64,000 bases of DNA from Candidatus Mediterraneibacter merdipullorum (GTDB lineage: Bacteria > Bacillota > Clostridia > Lachnospirales > Lachnospiraceae), in assembly GCA_019117125.1 (NCBI GenBank), contig DXAL01000055.1, positions 6,104 to 70,103 of the forward strand, read 5' to 3'. The translations under genes and the position numbers were made by a program. Shown piece after piece: positions 1 to 8,604 of this stretch. Position 1 is the stretch's first letter. Each line of letters starts with the position of its first letter. The notes beneath the pieces were generated by a model, which was not told where the DNA came from, made no database searches, and worked only from the letters and a program-made list of their open reading frames with translations.

Positions 1-1
1 C

Positions 2-682
2 TGGGCGTATTGGAGCCGGTACATTTATATTAACCGGTATATGGATGCTCCGAAGCCTGTTTACAGAGCGCTTTATGATTTGGTAAAGGATAAAGACTAT
101 TTTGTCCTGACAACCAATGTGGACCACTGTTTTCAAAAAGCCGGATTTGACAGGCGCCGTCTGTTTTATACGCAAGGGGATTATGGGTTGTTTCAGTGCA
201 GTGTACCTTGCCATCAGGGTACTTATGACAATGCAGAAATAATCCGTAAAATGATTGAGGCGCAAGGCTATGTGACTGCTGAAAATGGTGAGATATATTT
301 ACCGGAAGGGATTGTGCCTGAGATGAAGATTCCCCCGGAATTGGTTCCCTGTTGTCCGAAGTGCGGAAAACCTGTGAGTATGAATCTTCGGGCTGATGAT
401 ACATTTGTGGAGGATGAAGGATGGCACCGGGCGGCACAGCGATATTCCGATTTTCTCCACAGACATCAAAACAGGAGAACGCTGTTTTTAGAAGCAGCCG
501 TTGGCTTCAACACGCCAACGATAGTCAAGTACAGCTTCTGGCGGATGGCATACGAGTGGAAAGATGCGTTGTATGCCTGTTTGAATTATGGAGAGGCTTT
601 TGCCCCGGATAAAATAAAAAAGAAGTCAATTTGTATCAATGGAGACATTGGAGCGATTCTTAATCAGCTTCAACCCATATAA
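2..682 (+). CDS. SIR2 (sirtuin-fold) family protein, 5' end outside window
   Basis: Frame is open from base 2 with no stop. TTNVDHCFQKAG resembles the sirtuin TQNID-LH-AG NAD-pocket motif. Two Cys pairs (CSVPC, CCPKC) fit the sirtuin Zn ribbon. The position aligned by eye to the catalytic His (ELHG) reads TQGDY. Confidence 0.7.
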   Translation, partial: WAYWSRYIYINRYMDAPKPVYRALYDLVKDKDYFVLTTNVDHCFQKAGFDRRRLFYTQGDYGLFQCSVPCHQGTYDNAEIIRKMIEAQGYVTAENGEIYLPEGIVPEMKIPPELVPCCPKCGKPVSMNLRADDTFVEDEGWHRAAQRYSDFLHRHQNRRTLFLEAAVGFNTPTIVKYSFWRMAYEWKDALYACLNYGEAFAPDKIKKKSICINGDIGAILNQLQPI

Positions 683-685
683 AAC

Positions 686-733
686 TGCGTCTCAAATTCT
701 GTAAATTTTTGCGTCTCAAATTCTGTAAATTTT
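686..733. repeat. Perfect 24-bp tandem direct repeat x2 (TGCGTCTCAAATTCTGTAAATTTT)
   Basis: Copy 1 is 686-709 and copy 2 is 710-733, identical by eye. It sits immediately upstream of the paaK-ior promoter. Confidence 0.9.
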
Positions 734-757
734 ACACTTTAATTCGTCAAAGTATTG

Positions 758-766
758 TGGTATACT
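758..766 (+). promoter_or_regulatory. Extended -10 (TGgTATACT) for the paaK-ior operon
   Basis: TG at 758-759 and TATACT at 761-766, about 40 nt before the start codon at 805. Only a weak -35 (TTTAAT, 738-743). Confidence 0.45.
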
Positions 767-804
767 ATCCAAAGGCATATGTTAGACAAAGGAGGGCGCA
801 TACG

Positions 805-2115
805 ATGATATGGGCAAAGGAAGAGACTCTGCCTCGTGACGAGATCGAAGCCATTCAGTACGCGAAGCTCAAAGGCACGGTCCGCTACATTTACGACAGG
901 GTGAAACCCTACCGCGACAAGATGGACGCGGCGAAGGTGAAGCCGGAGGACATCCGTTCGCTGGATGACCTGAGAAGGCTGCCTTTTACATATAAAGCCG
1001 ACTTCCGGGACAATTATCCGGATGGGCTTTTTGCAGTGGATAAAAAGGAAATCGTGCGTTACCACGCAAGTTCCGGGACAACAGGAAAGCCGACAGTTGT
1101 CGGATATACGAGGAACGACCTGGACATGTGGCTCAACAACGTGGCGCGCATCGCCTGCATGGGCGGCGCATCAGCGGAGGACGTGGCGCAGATTTCCTTT
1201 GGATACGGGACATTTACCGGAGCCCTCGGACTCCACGGCGGGCTGGAAAAGGTCGGTGCATCGGTTATCCCCATGTCTTCGGGGAATACGAACAAGCAGA
1301 TTATGTTCCTGCAGGATATGGGCGTGACCCTTCTTGTGGCGACGCCGTCCTATGCGCTCCACTTAGGGGAGGAAATCCGCAGCAGGGGCATCGACCCGGC
1401 AAAGGATTTGAAGCTCCACATCGGGCTCTTTGGCGGAGAGGGCATGACAGAACCCATGCGGGATGAGATGCACAAAGTCTGGGGCGAGCAGTTCTTCTGC
1501 ACCCAGAACTACGGCATGAGCGAGCTCTGCGGTCCCGGCGTGGCAGGGGAGTGCAGCGAACTCTGCGGCATGCATATCAATGAGGACTGGTTCATCCCGG
1601 AAGTCATCGACCCGGAGACCGAGGAAGTGCTTCCGCCGGGTGAGCTGGGAGAACTGGTGGTGACCTGCCTCGGCAAGGAAGCCCTTCCCCTTGTGAGATA
1701 CCGCACGGGCGACCTGACCCGGCTGATGTACGAGCCCTGCAAATGCGGACGCACGACCTGCCGGATGGAGAATATCTCCGGGCGCGCGGACGATATGCTC
1801 GTGATTCGCGGCGTGAATGTATTCCCGACCCAGATCGAGGAAGTGCTTCTCAAGATTGAGGAGATTGGTCCTCATTATGAAATCCTTGTTGAGCGGAAGA
1901 ACCGTCTGGATGTGATGACGATCACGGTAGAGCTCATTGACGACCGCCTGCTGGACAGCTACGGGAAGCTGAGCGAGCTTGAAGCGCGGATTAAGAAGGC
2001 GCTTAAGGCACAGCTCGGTCTTGCTACTCAAATACGCCTGGTGGCGCCCAATTCCCTGAAGCGGTTTGAGGGCAAGGCGAAGAGAGTGACAGATTTACGA
2101 AAGGATGGTTTGTGA
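805..2115 (+). CDS. paaK: Phenylacetate-CoA ligase family (aryl-acid CoA ligase), paralog 1
   Basis: MIWAKEETLPRDEIEAIQ..KLK..YIYDRV.PYR.KMD...V.PEDIRSLDDL..LPFT.K.D.RDNYP is a typical PaaK N-terminus, with the SSGTTGKPT AMP-binding loop. RBS AAAGGAGGG at 788-796. The ORF-track start at 709 has no RBS. Confidence 0.9.
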   Translation: MIWAKEETLPRDEIEAIQYAKLKGTVRYIYDRVKPYRDKMDAAKVKPEDIRSLDDLRRLPFTYKADFRDNYPDGLFAVDKKEIVRYHASSGTTGKPTVVGYTRNDLDMWLNNVARIACMGGASAEDVAQISFGYGTFTGALGLHGGLEKVGASVIPMSSGNTNKQIMFLQDMGVTLLVATPSYALHLGEEIRSRGIDPAKDLKLHIGLFGGEGMTEPMRDEMHKVWGEQFFCTQNYGMSELCGPGVAGECSELCGMHINEDWFIPEVIDPETEEVLPPGELGELVVTCLGKEALPLVRYRTGDLTRLMYEPCKCGRTTCRMENISGRADDMLVIRGVNVFPTQIEEVLLKIEEIGPHYEILVERKNRLDVMTITVELIDDRLLDSYGKLSELEARIKKALKAQLGLATQIRLVAPNSLKRFEGKAKRVTDLRKDGL

Positions 2116-2116
2116 T

Positions 2117-3862
2117 ATGGCAGAGAAAGTAATCATGCTGGGCAATGAGGCTATTGCCCGCGGCGCATATGAGGCGGGAGTGAAGGTGTCTTCCGCATAT
2201 CCGGGTACTCCGAGTACGGAAATCAGTGAATACCTGGTGCAGTACCGGGACGACGTATACGAAGAGTGGGCGCCCAATGAGAAGGTGGCGACGGAAGTGG
2301 CAGTCGGCGCCAGCCTTGCCGGCGTGCGCGCCATGGCATGCATGAAGCATGTGGGGCTCAATGTGGCGGCAGACCCGCTATATTCCGTATCCTACATGGG
2401 GGTAAACGGCGGTCTTGTCATCGTTGTGGCAGATGACCCGGGACTGTACAGCTCCCAGAACGAACAGGATACGAGGATGGTGGCAAGAGCGGCGCAGATT
2501 CCGGTAATCGAGCCCTCCGACAGCGCTGAGGCGAAAGAGTTCTTCAAGGCGGCTTTTGAGCTGAGCGAACAGTTTGACCGCCCGTTCATCTTCCGCACCA
2601 CGACCCGCCTGGCACATTCCCAGGGACTGGTGGAGCTTCAGGAGCGCGTGTCTTTGGAAGATAAGCCCTATGTGAAAGATATCCGCAAAAATGTCATGAT
2701 GCCGGGCAATGCGAAGCTGCGCCACATCGAGATAGAGAAGCGCAACCTGGAACTGGCGGAAGCGGCGGACACGCTGCCCATCAACCGGGTAGAAATGAAT
2801 GATACGAAGATTGGCGTTATCACCAGCGGCATCCCCTATCAGTATGTGAAAGAAGCGATGCCGGAGGCATCCGTGCTGAAGCTGGGCATGGTCAATCCCC
2901 TTCCGAGAAAGCTTATCGAAGAATTTGCCTCTAAAGTGGAGACTTTGTATATCGTAGAAGAACTGGACCCGGTAATCGAGGAGCAGGTGAAATCCTGGGG
3001 CATCGAATGCACCGGCAAGGAAATCCTGACAGTCCAGGGCGAGTACAGCGCCAACATGCTCCGGAAGGCGATCCTCAAAGAGGAACCGGATATCAGGAAA
3101 CCGGCGGAGGCGCCGGGCAGACCGCCCATTCTCTGTCCCGGATGTCCCCACCGGAGCGTATTCTACACGCTGAACCGTCTGAAACTCCATGCGGCGGGGG
3201 ATATCGGCTGCTATACCCTTGGCGCGGTAGCTCCTTTAAGCGTCATTGACACGACCATGTGCATGGGCTCCAGCATTTCCACTCTCCACGGAATGGAGAA
3301 GGCAAAAGGCAAAGAGTATATTAAGGACTGGGTGGCTGTAATCGGGGATTCCACCTTTCTGCATACCGGCGTGAACTCTCTGATGAATATGGTTTATAAC
3401 AAAGCAACCGGCACCGTGATTATCCTTGATAATTCCACCACAGGCATGACCGGGCATCAGGACCATGCGGCGACCGGAAAGACGCTGCAGGGCGACCCGA
3501 CTTATGCCATCAGCATCCCGGGCATCTGCAGGGCGATGGGCATCAAAAACGTATATGAAATCAATGCCTTTGACCTTCCGCTCCTGGAGAAGACCATCAA
3601 AGAGGAAGTGGCAAAAGACGAGATATCCGTTATCATTACAAAGACACCGTGCGTTCTCCTCGATAAGAGGAAGAAACCGCTTTATACGGCTCATGTGGAT
3701 AAATGTAAGAAATGCGGCGCATGCATGAAGCCGGGATGTCCGGCTATGACGAAGAACCCGGACGGCACCATACATATCGACGATACGATGTGCACCGGAT
3801 GCGGACTCTGTAAGGACCTGTGTAAATTCGATGCAATAGAGCTTGTAAGGGAGGGTGAGTGA
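2117..3862 (+). CDS. iorA: Indolepyruvate:ferredoxin oxidoreductase alpha subunit
   Basis: LGNEAIARGAYEAGV..SSAYPGTPSTEI N-terminus, TPP-binding region, and C-terminal 2x[4Fe-4S] motif (CKKCGACMKPGCPA / CTGCGLCKDLC). Start 2117 or 2105 is ambiguous. Confidence 0.9.
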   Translation: MAEKVIMLGNEAIARGAYEAGVKVSSAYPGTPSTEISEYLVQYRDDVYEEWAPNEKVATEVAVGASLAGVRAMACMKHVGLNVAADPLYSVSYMGVNGGLVIVVADDPGLYSSQNEQDTRMVARAAQIPVIEPSDSAEAKEFFKAAFELSEQFDRPFIFRTTTRLAHSQGLVELQERVSLEDKPYVKDIRKNVMMPGNAKLRHIEIEKRNLELAEAADTLPINRVEMNDTKIGVITSGIPYQYVKEAMPEASVLKLGMVNPLPRKLIEEFASKVETLYIVEELDPVIEEQVKSWGIECTGKEILTVQGEYSANMLRKAILKEEPDIRKPAEAPGRPPILCPGCPHRSVFYTLNRLKLHAAGDIGCYTLGAVAPLSVIDTTMCMGSSISTLHGMEKAKGKEYIKDWVAVIGDSTFLHTGVNSLMNMVYNKATGTVIILDNSTTGMTGHQDHAATGKTLQGDPTYAISIPGICRAMGIKNVYEINAFDLPLLEKTIKEEVAKDEISVIITKTPCVLLDKRKKPLYTAHVDKCKKCGACMKPGCPAMTKNPDGTIHIDDTMCTGCGLCKDLCKFDAIELVREGE

Positions 3863-3863
3863 G

Positions 3864-4436
3864 ATGGCAGTGAAAAATATCATGATTGTCGGCGTAGGCG
3901 GACAGGGGACGCTGCTCACCAGCCGGATACTTGGCGGGCTTACCATCGCGGCAGGCTATGACGTGAAGCTCTCGGAAGTCCACGGGATGGCGCAGAGAGG
4001 TGGAAGCGTTGTGACATTCGTGCGCTACGGCGACAAAGTGGCGGAGCCGATTGTGGAAGAAGGACAGGCGGACGTCATCATCGCTTTTGAGCGCCTGGAA
4101 GCCCTCAGATATGCACATTTCCTCAAAAAGGATGGCGCTCTGGTAGTCAACGACTGGCGCATCGACCCCATGCCCGTGGTCATCGGGAATGCACAGTATC
4201 CGGAGCATATTCTGGAGGACCTGGAAAAGGAGTACAAAGTCTACCGGGTGGATGCGACGGAAGAGTCCAGGAAGCTGGGCAATCCGAAGGTATTCAACCT
4301 CATCGTGCTCGGCGTGGCGGCGCAGCACATGGACTTTACGAAAGAACAGTGGTATGAAGTGATAGAGAAGACGGTCCCGCCGAAGACGGTCGATATTAAC
4401 AAAAAAGCATTTGATGTAGGATACGGGCTGAGATAA
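3864..4436 (+). CDS. iorB: Indolepyruvate:ferredoxin oxidoreductase beta subunit
   Basis: NIMIVGVGGQGTLLTSRILG plus SEVHGMAQRGGSV is the hallmark of the IorB / 2-oxoacid oxidoreductase gamma-type subunit. RBS AAGGGAGGG at 3847-3855. Overlaps the iorA stop. Confidence 0.88.
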   Translation: MAVKNIMIVGVGGQGTLLTSRILGGLTIAAGYDVKLSEVHGMAQRGGSVVTFVRYGDKVAEPIVEEGQADVIIAFERLEALRYAHFLKKDGALVVNDWRIDPMPVVIGNAQYPEHILEDLEKEYKVYRVDATEESRKLGNPKVFNLIVLGVAAQHMDFTKEQWYEVIEKTVPPKTVDINKKAFDVGYGLR

Positions 4437-4468
4437 ACAGTCCCGGACAGGGAAAGGCGGTGATAACA

Positions 4469-4888
4469 ATGATCAGGCAGATATCCGTATTTGTGGAAAA
4501 TCAGCCGGGAAGCATGCGGAAAGTGACTTCGGTATTAACGGACGCCAGGGTAAATATCCGGGCAATCTCTACATTTGACACTCCGGAGTTCGGCATCCTG
4601 CGCCTTGTGGTCGATGATCCCGTGCGCGCAAAGGAGAGCCTTACGGAAAAAGGGTTCGTCACCAGGGTGAGCGATGTCATCGGTGCGGAACTCAAAGATG
4701 AGAAAGGAAATCTCAACCAGATGCTCTCCATCCTTGCAGACGGCGAGATTAATGTTGATTACATCTACTCTTTTGTAATCCGCGAAGGGAAAGCACCGGT
4801 CATGGTATTTAGCACGGATGACTTTGAGAAAGCGGAACGGGTTCTCAGAGCGGCGGAAGTCAAGCTCGTTGAGGAAGAAGACTTATAA
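4469..4888 (+). CDS. Stand-alone ACT-domain protein
   Basis: About 140 aa. IRQISVFVENQPGSMRKVTSVL....VNIRAIS is a typical ACT beta-alpha-beta start. A second paralog lies at 6264. Confidence 0.75.
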   Translation: MIRQISVFVENQPGSMRKVTSVLTDARVNIRAISTFDTPEFGILRLVVDDPVRAKESLTEKGFVTRVSDVIGAELKDEKGNLNQMLSILADGEINVDYIYSFVIREGKAPVMVFSTDDFEKAERVLRAAEVKLVEEEDL

Positions 4889-4914
4889 TACAACATTTAA
4901 AGGAGAAGAGACAG

Positions 4915-6246
4915 ATGGCAGGAGTAGCACTGGAGAACTGGGTGGAGAACATCCGTGATCCGAAGATTGAGTGTATGAGCGGGGATGAAATGGCAGCCCT
5001 GCAGAGTGAAAGACTGGTGGATGTGGTGAAGAGGGTGTATGACAATGTGCCCTTCTACCGCAGAAAGATGCAGCAGAGAGGCGTGGAGCCGGGAGACATC
5101 CGCTCCATCGAGGACATTGAAAAGCTGCCGTTCACCACAAAAGAGGACCTGAGGGACAATTATCCTTTCGGGCTCCTGGCAATCCCGATGAGCGACGTTG
5201 CCCGCGTCCAGGGGACGTCCGGAACGACCGGGAAGCTGACGATTGCACCGTATTCCCAGAAAGACGTGGATGTATGGGGCGAGTGCGTGGCAAGGAACCT
5301 GACGATGGCAGGACTTACAAAGGATGATATCATCCACGTCTGCTACGGATACGGGCTGTTCACAGGCGGCATGGGGCTGGATTACGGCGCGAAGGCGCTC
5401 GGAGCCACAGCGATCCCCATGTCCGCAGGAAATACGAAACGCCAGATGATGGTCATGGAAGACCTGGGAGCGACGGCATTCGCATGTACGCCGTCCTACG
5501 CGCTCTATCTTGCAGAGTCCATCCAGGAGGCGGGACTCGTGGACCACATGAAACTGAAAGCCGGCATCCACGGCGCAGAGCCCTGGACAGAGGAGATGCG
5601 CAAGAAGATTGAGAGCATCCTGAACATCAACTGTTTCGACATCTACGGTCTGTGCGAGATCACGGGACCGGGCGTTGCCCAGGACTGCATCCATAAGGCA
5701 GGACTCCACGTCCATGTGGATTATTTCTATCCGGAAGTGCTCAATCCGGCGACCCACGAGAAGTGCGCGGACGGCGAGACCGGGGAGCTGGTATTTACGA
5801 CGCTGGCGAAAGAAGCGATGCCGCTTTTGCGCTATCGCACGAAAGACCTGACAAGCATCGACCACAGTCCCTGCGAATGCGGGAGGACGCTGCCGAGGAT
5901 TTCCAAGTTCACCGGAAGAACGGACGATATGAAAGTCATCCGCGGCGTCAACGTATTCCCGACCCAGGTCGAGACAGCCCTGCTCTCCATGGGCGGCGTT
6001 GTGGCACCCCATTACATGATGATCGTGGACCGGGAGAACAATATGGATGTCCTGACAGTCATGGTGGAAGTGGACGAGCGGGTATTCTCAGATGAGATTC
6101 GCAAGCTCGACGCCCTCAGGAACAAGATCGGAGCCGTGCTCAAGCAGGCGCTCGGCGTATCGGTGCGCGTGAAGCTGGTAGAGCCGAAGACGATACAGAG
6201 GAGCGAGGGCAAGGCAGTCCGCGTGATAGACAACAGAGGTCTGTAA
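4915..6246 (+). CDS. paaK: Phenylacetate-CoA ligase family (aryl-acid CoA ligase), paralog 2
   Basis: Same architecture as 805-2115 (VKRVYDNVPFYRRKMQQRGVEPGDIRSIEDIEKLPFTTKEDLRDNYP; TSGTTGKLT). RBS AAAGGAGAAG. Confidence 0.9.
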   Translation: MAGVALENWVENIRDPKIECMSGDEMAALQSERLVDVVKRVYDNVPFYRRKMQQRGVEPGDIRSIEDIEKLPFTTKEDLRDNYPFGLLAIPMSDVARVQGTSGTTGKLTIAPYSQKDVDVWGECVARNLTMAGLTKDDIIHVCYGYGLFTGGMGLDYGAKALGATAIPMSAGNTKRQMMVMEDLGATAFACTPSYALYLAESIQEAGLVDHMKLKAGIHGAEPWTEEMRKKIESILNINCFDIYGLCEITGPGVAQDCIHKAGLHVHVDYFYPEVLNPATHEKCADGETGELVFTTLAKEAMPLLRYRTKDLTSIDHSPCECGRTLPRISKFTGRTDDMKVIRGVNVFPTQVETALLSMGGVVAPHYMMIVDRENNMDVLTVMVEVDERVFSDEIRKLDALRNKIGAVLKQALGVSVRVKLVEPKTIQRSEGKAVRVIDNRGL

Positions 6247-6263
6247 GACAGGAGGTAGAAGTT

Positions 6264-6707
6264 ATGGGAATCACGATTCAGCAGTTATCCGTATTTCTTG
6301 AGAACCGGGAAGGCCGTCTTGACGAAGTGCTTTCCGTTCTGGCAGAAAATGATGTCAACATCGTGGCGCTGAGCCTTGCCGATACGACGGAATATGGCAT
6401 GCTCCGCATGATCGTCTCCGACCCGGAGAAGGGCAGGACCGTGCTCAGAGACAGCGGCATCACCGCCATGCTCACCGATGTGGTGGCGCTCAGGGTCCCT
6501 CATGAGACCGGGTCGCTGAGCCGCGCCATGCACCAGATCATGGAAGGAAACGTCAATATTGAATACATGTATGCGTTTGCCAACGGCGAAGACGCATCCG
6601 CTGTGCTCAAATGCGACGACCCGGCAAAAGTCGCCGAGATTCTCCGTGCCAGCGGGTTCGACGTCTGGGAAGCGCCGGAGGCGTATGTATCCAATATCCG
6701 GCTGTGA
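6264..6707 (+). CDS. Stand-alone ACT-domain protein, paralog 2
   Basis: IQQLSVFLENREGRLDEVLSVLAENDVNIVALSLADT parallels the protein at 4469-4888. Confidence 0.75.
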   Translation: MGITIQQLSVFLENREGRLDEVLSVLAENDVNIVALSLADTTEYGMLRMIVSDPEKGRTVLRDSGITAMLTDVVALRVPHETGSLSRAMHQIMEGNVNIEYMYAFANGEDASAVLKCDDPAKVAEILRASGFDVWEAPEAYVSNIRL

Positions 6708-6750
6708 CAGCAGGACAACAGTGCGACAGCAGGATAACAGGAAAAAGAAA

Positions 6751-6793
6751 AGCGTCTGCTCTGCCGAAACGGCTGAGCGGACGCTCCTTTTTT
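6751..6793 (+). terminator. Rho-independent terminator of the paaK-ior operon
   Basis: AGCGTCTGCTCTGCC-GAAAC-GGCTGAGCGGACGCT stem followed by CCTTTTTT. Confidence 0.8.
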
Positions 6794-6867
6794 AATCTCA
6801 TTTTCCTGTCATGCTTTTTAATATATCAAGTCTGTTTCTATATTAAAAGGTACACCAAAAAATCGGA

Positions 6868-7065
6868 TTAAAGTTTTACTACGTTTGTTGCCTGCGGTCC
6901 TTTTGCACCTTCTGTCACTTCAAATTCAACAGCCTGGCCTTCCTCCAGTGTCTTGAATCCGTCCATGACAAGTCCTGAGTAGTGTACAAAGATGTCGTTG
7001 CCCTCAGAATCAGAGATGAATCCGTAGCCTTTCTGGTTGTTAAACCATTTCACTGTGCCTGTCAT
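6868..7065 (-). CDS. Cold-shock protein (CspA family)
   Basis: [17 protein letters not shown]....GNDIFVHYS carries the RNP1/RNP2 motifs. 65 aa from the internal Met; the longer 84-aa ORF-track start is unlikely. Confidence 0.95.
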   Translation of the reverse strand: MTGTVKWFNNQKGYGFISDSEGNDIFVHYSGLVMDGFKTLEEGQAVEFEVTEGAKGPQATNVVKL

Positions 7066-7142
7066 TGTGTAGTCCTCCATAAAAATTAATAAGCTGTCCG
7101 TACTGGTCCCGCTGCAAGTCATTGCAGGATCAATACTGGCTC

Positions 7143-7171
7143 AGTGTAGCATGTTTAACAATGAAAGTCAA
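7143..7171 (-). promoter_or_regulatory. Candidate sigma-A promoter of csp (minus strand TTGACT-17-TACACT)
   Basis: Reverse complement reads TTGACTttcattgttaaacatgcTACACT. It leaves a 5' UTR of about 70 nt, as is usual for csp genes. Confidence 0.5.
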
Positions 7172-7294
7172 TGAAATTCTTGCTAATTTTGTAAATATCT
7201 ACAAAAGAAAGCAGACTATTGTATTTAAACGGTTTGTTGTTTACAATAACAGAGACGCAGCATACAGCAGAACGGATAAAGGAGGAATACCATT

Positions 7295-8221
7295 ATGAAG
7301 ATATATGAAAATGTGACGCAGCTCATCGGCAGGACGCCGCTTTTGGAACTGAAAAACCTGGAAGAGGAGATGGGGCTTTCCGCCCGTCTGCTCGTCAAGC
7401 TGGAGTATTTTAATCCTGCGGGGAGCGTGAAGGACCGGGTCGCCCTCTCCATGGTCGAAGACGCTGAAAAGAGCGGGCGCATCCGTCCCGGAGCGACCAT
7501 CATTGAGCCCACCAGCGGCAATACCGGCATCGGGCTGGCGGCAGTGGCGGCATCCCGGGGGTATCAGGCAGTCTTCGTGATGCCTGAGACCATGAGCGTG
7601 GAGCGGAGAAAGCTCCTGCTCGGCTACGGTGCGCGCATCGTGCTGACAGAGGGAGCGAAGGGCATGAAAGGCGCCATCGAAAAAGCGGCGGAACTGGAGC
7701 GGGAGACGGAGAACGCCATTGTCCTCGGCCAGTTCGTAAATCCTGCGAACCCGGAGGCGCATTACCGGACCACCGGACCGGAAATCTGGGAAGACACGGA
7801 AGGTACGGTGGATCTGTTCATTGCAGGTGCAGGCACAGGCGGAACCCTGACCGGCACCGGAAGATATTTAAAAGAGAAGAAGCCGGGCATCACAGTCATC
7901 GCTGCGGAGCCGGACCGGTCGCCGGTGCTCTCCGGCGGGACGCCCGGTCCCCACGGGCTGCAGGGCATCGGAGCCGGATTCGTGCCGGACATCCTGGATA
8001 CGGATATCTATGATGCAGTCGCCCGTGTGACGGAAGAGGAGGCATACACTGCGGCAAGGCTTCTTGCGGCGCGGGAGGGGGTGCTGGTGGGAATCACCTC
8101 GGGAGCCGCCCTTTCCGTTGCGCTCAAAGAGGCAGAGAAGCCGGAAAACAGCGGGAAAGTCATCGTAGCGCTCCTGCCGGATACAGGGGAGAGATATCTT
8201 TCCACGCCGCTGTTTGCATAG
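7295..8221 (+). CDS. cysK: Cysteine synthase A (O-acetylserine sulfhydrylase)
   Basis: LIGRTPLLEL......LLVKLEYFNPAGSVKDRVAL (PLP Lys), TSGNTGIGLA, GTGGT loop. RBS AAAGGAGG. Confidence 0.93.
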   Translation: MKIYENVTQLIGRTPLLELKNLEEEMGLSARLLVKLEYFNPAGSVKDRVALSMVEDAEKSGRIRPGATIIEPTSGNTGIGLAAVAASRGYQAVFVMPETMSVERRKLLLGYGARIVLTEGAKGMKGAIEKAAELERETENAIVLGQFVNPANPEAHYRTTGPEIWEDTEGTVDLFIAGAGTGGTLTGTGRYLKEKKPGITVIAAEPDRSPVLSGGTPGPHGLQGIGAGFVPDILDTDIYDAVARVTEEEAYTAARLLAAREGVLVGITSGAALSVALKEAEKPENSGKVIVALLPDTGERYLSTPLFA

Positions 8222-8253
8222 TGCAGAAACACGGATAAAATGGCAATCCGCGA

Positions 8254-8282
8254 TTGATAATTTGTTCAATCTGTTATATACT
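8254..8282 (+). promoter_or_regulatory. Candidate promoter TTGATA-17-TATACT for ptsH-ptsI
   Basis: TTGATA at 8254-8259 and TATACT at 8277-8282. Confidence 0.5.
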
Positions 8283-8318
8283 GGTACAAGAATGGAATTT
8301 AAAGGAGGGTTACTTAAA

Positions 8319-8576
8319 ATGAAAGAATTCAAATATGTGGTCACAGACCCGGAGGGAATCCATGCACGTCCGGCTGGAATCCTTGTAAAACAGGCGGCTG
8401 GATACCAGTCATCCGTCAAGATTACAAAGGGTGACAAGACTGCGGACGCCAAGAGGATATTCGGTGTGATGGGACTGGGCGTAAAGACCGGTGAAGAAGT
8501 CACCATCACGGTCGAAGGAGCAGATGAAGACACAGCTGTGGCAGAACTGGAGACATTCTTCAAGGAAAATTTATAA
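8319..8576 (+). CDS. ptsH: Phosphocarrier protein HPr
   Basis: 85 aa. GIHARPAG carries His15. RBS AAAGGAGGG at 8301-8309. The usual K-S46-I-M-G-V-M reads K-R-I-F-G-V-M. Confidence 0.9.
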   Translation: MKEFKYVVTDPEGIHARPAGILVKQAAGYQSSVKITKGDKTADAKRIFGVMGLGVKTGEEVTITVEGADEDTAVAELETFFKENL

Positions 8577-8604
8577 ATTCATTGCGAGGAGACAGTAACA
8601 GATT

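Noticed and set aside
686-733. Checked whether the tandem repeats (686-733, 29123-29172, 35124-35174) could be small CRISPR arrays.
   Set aside because: Each has only two or so abutting copies with no spacers, and there are no cas genes in the window.
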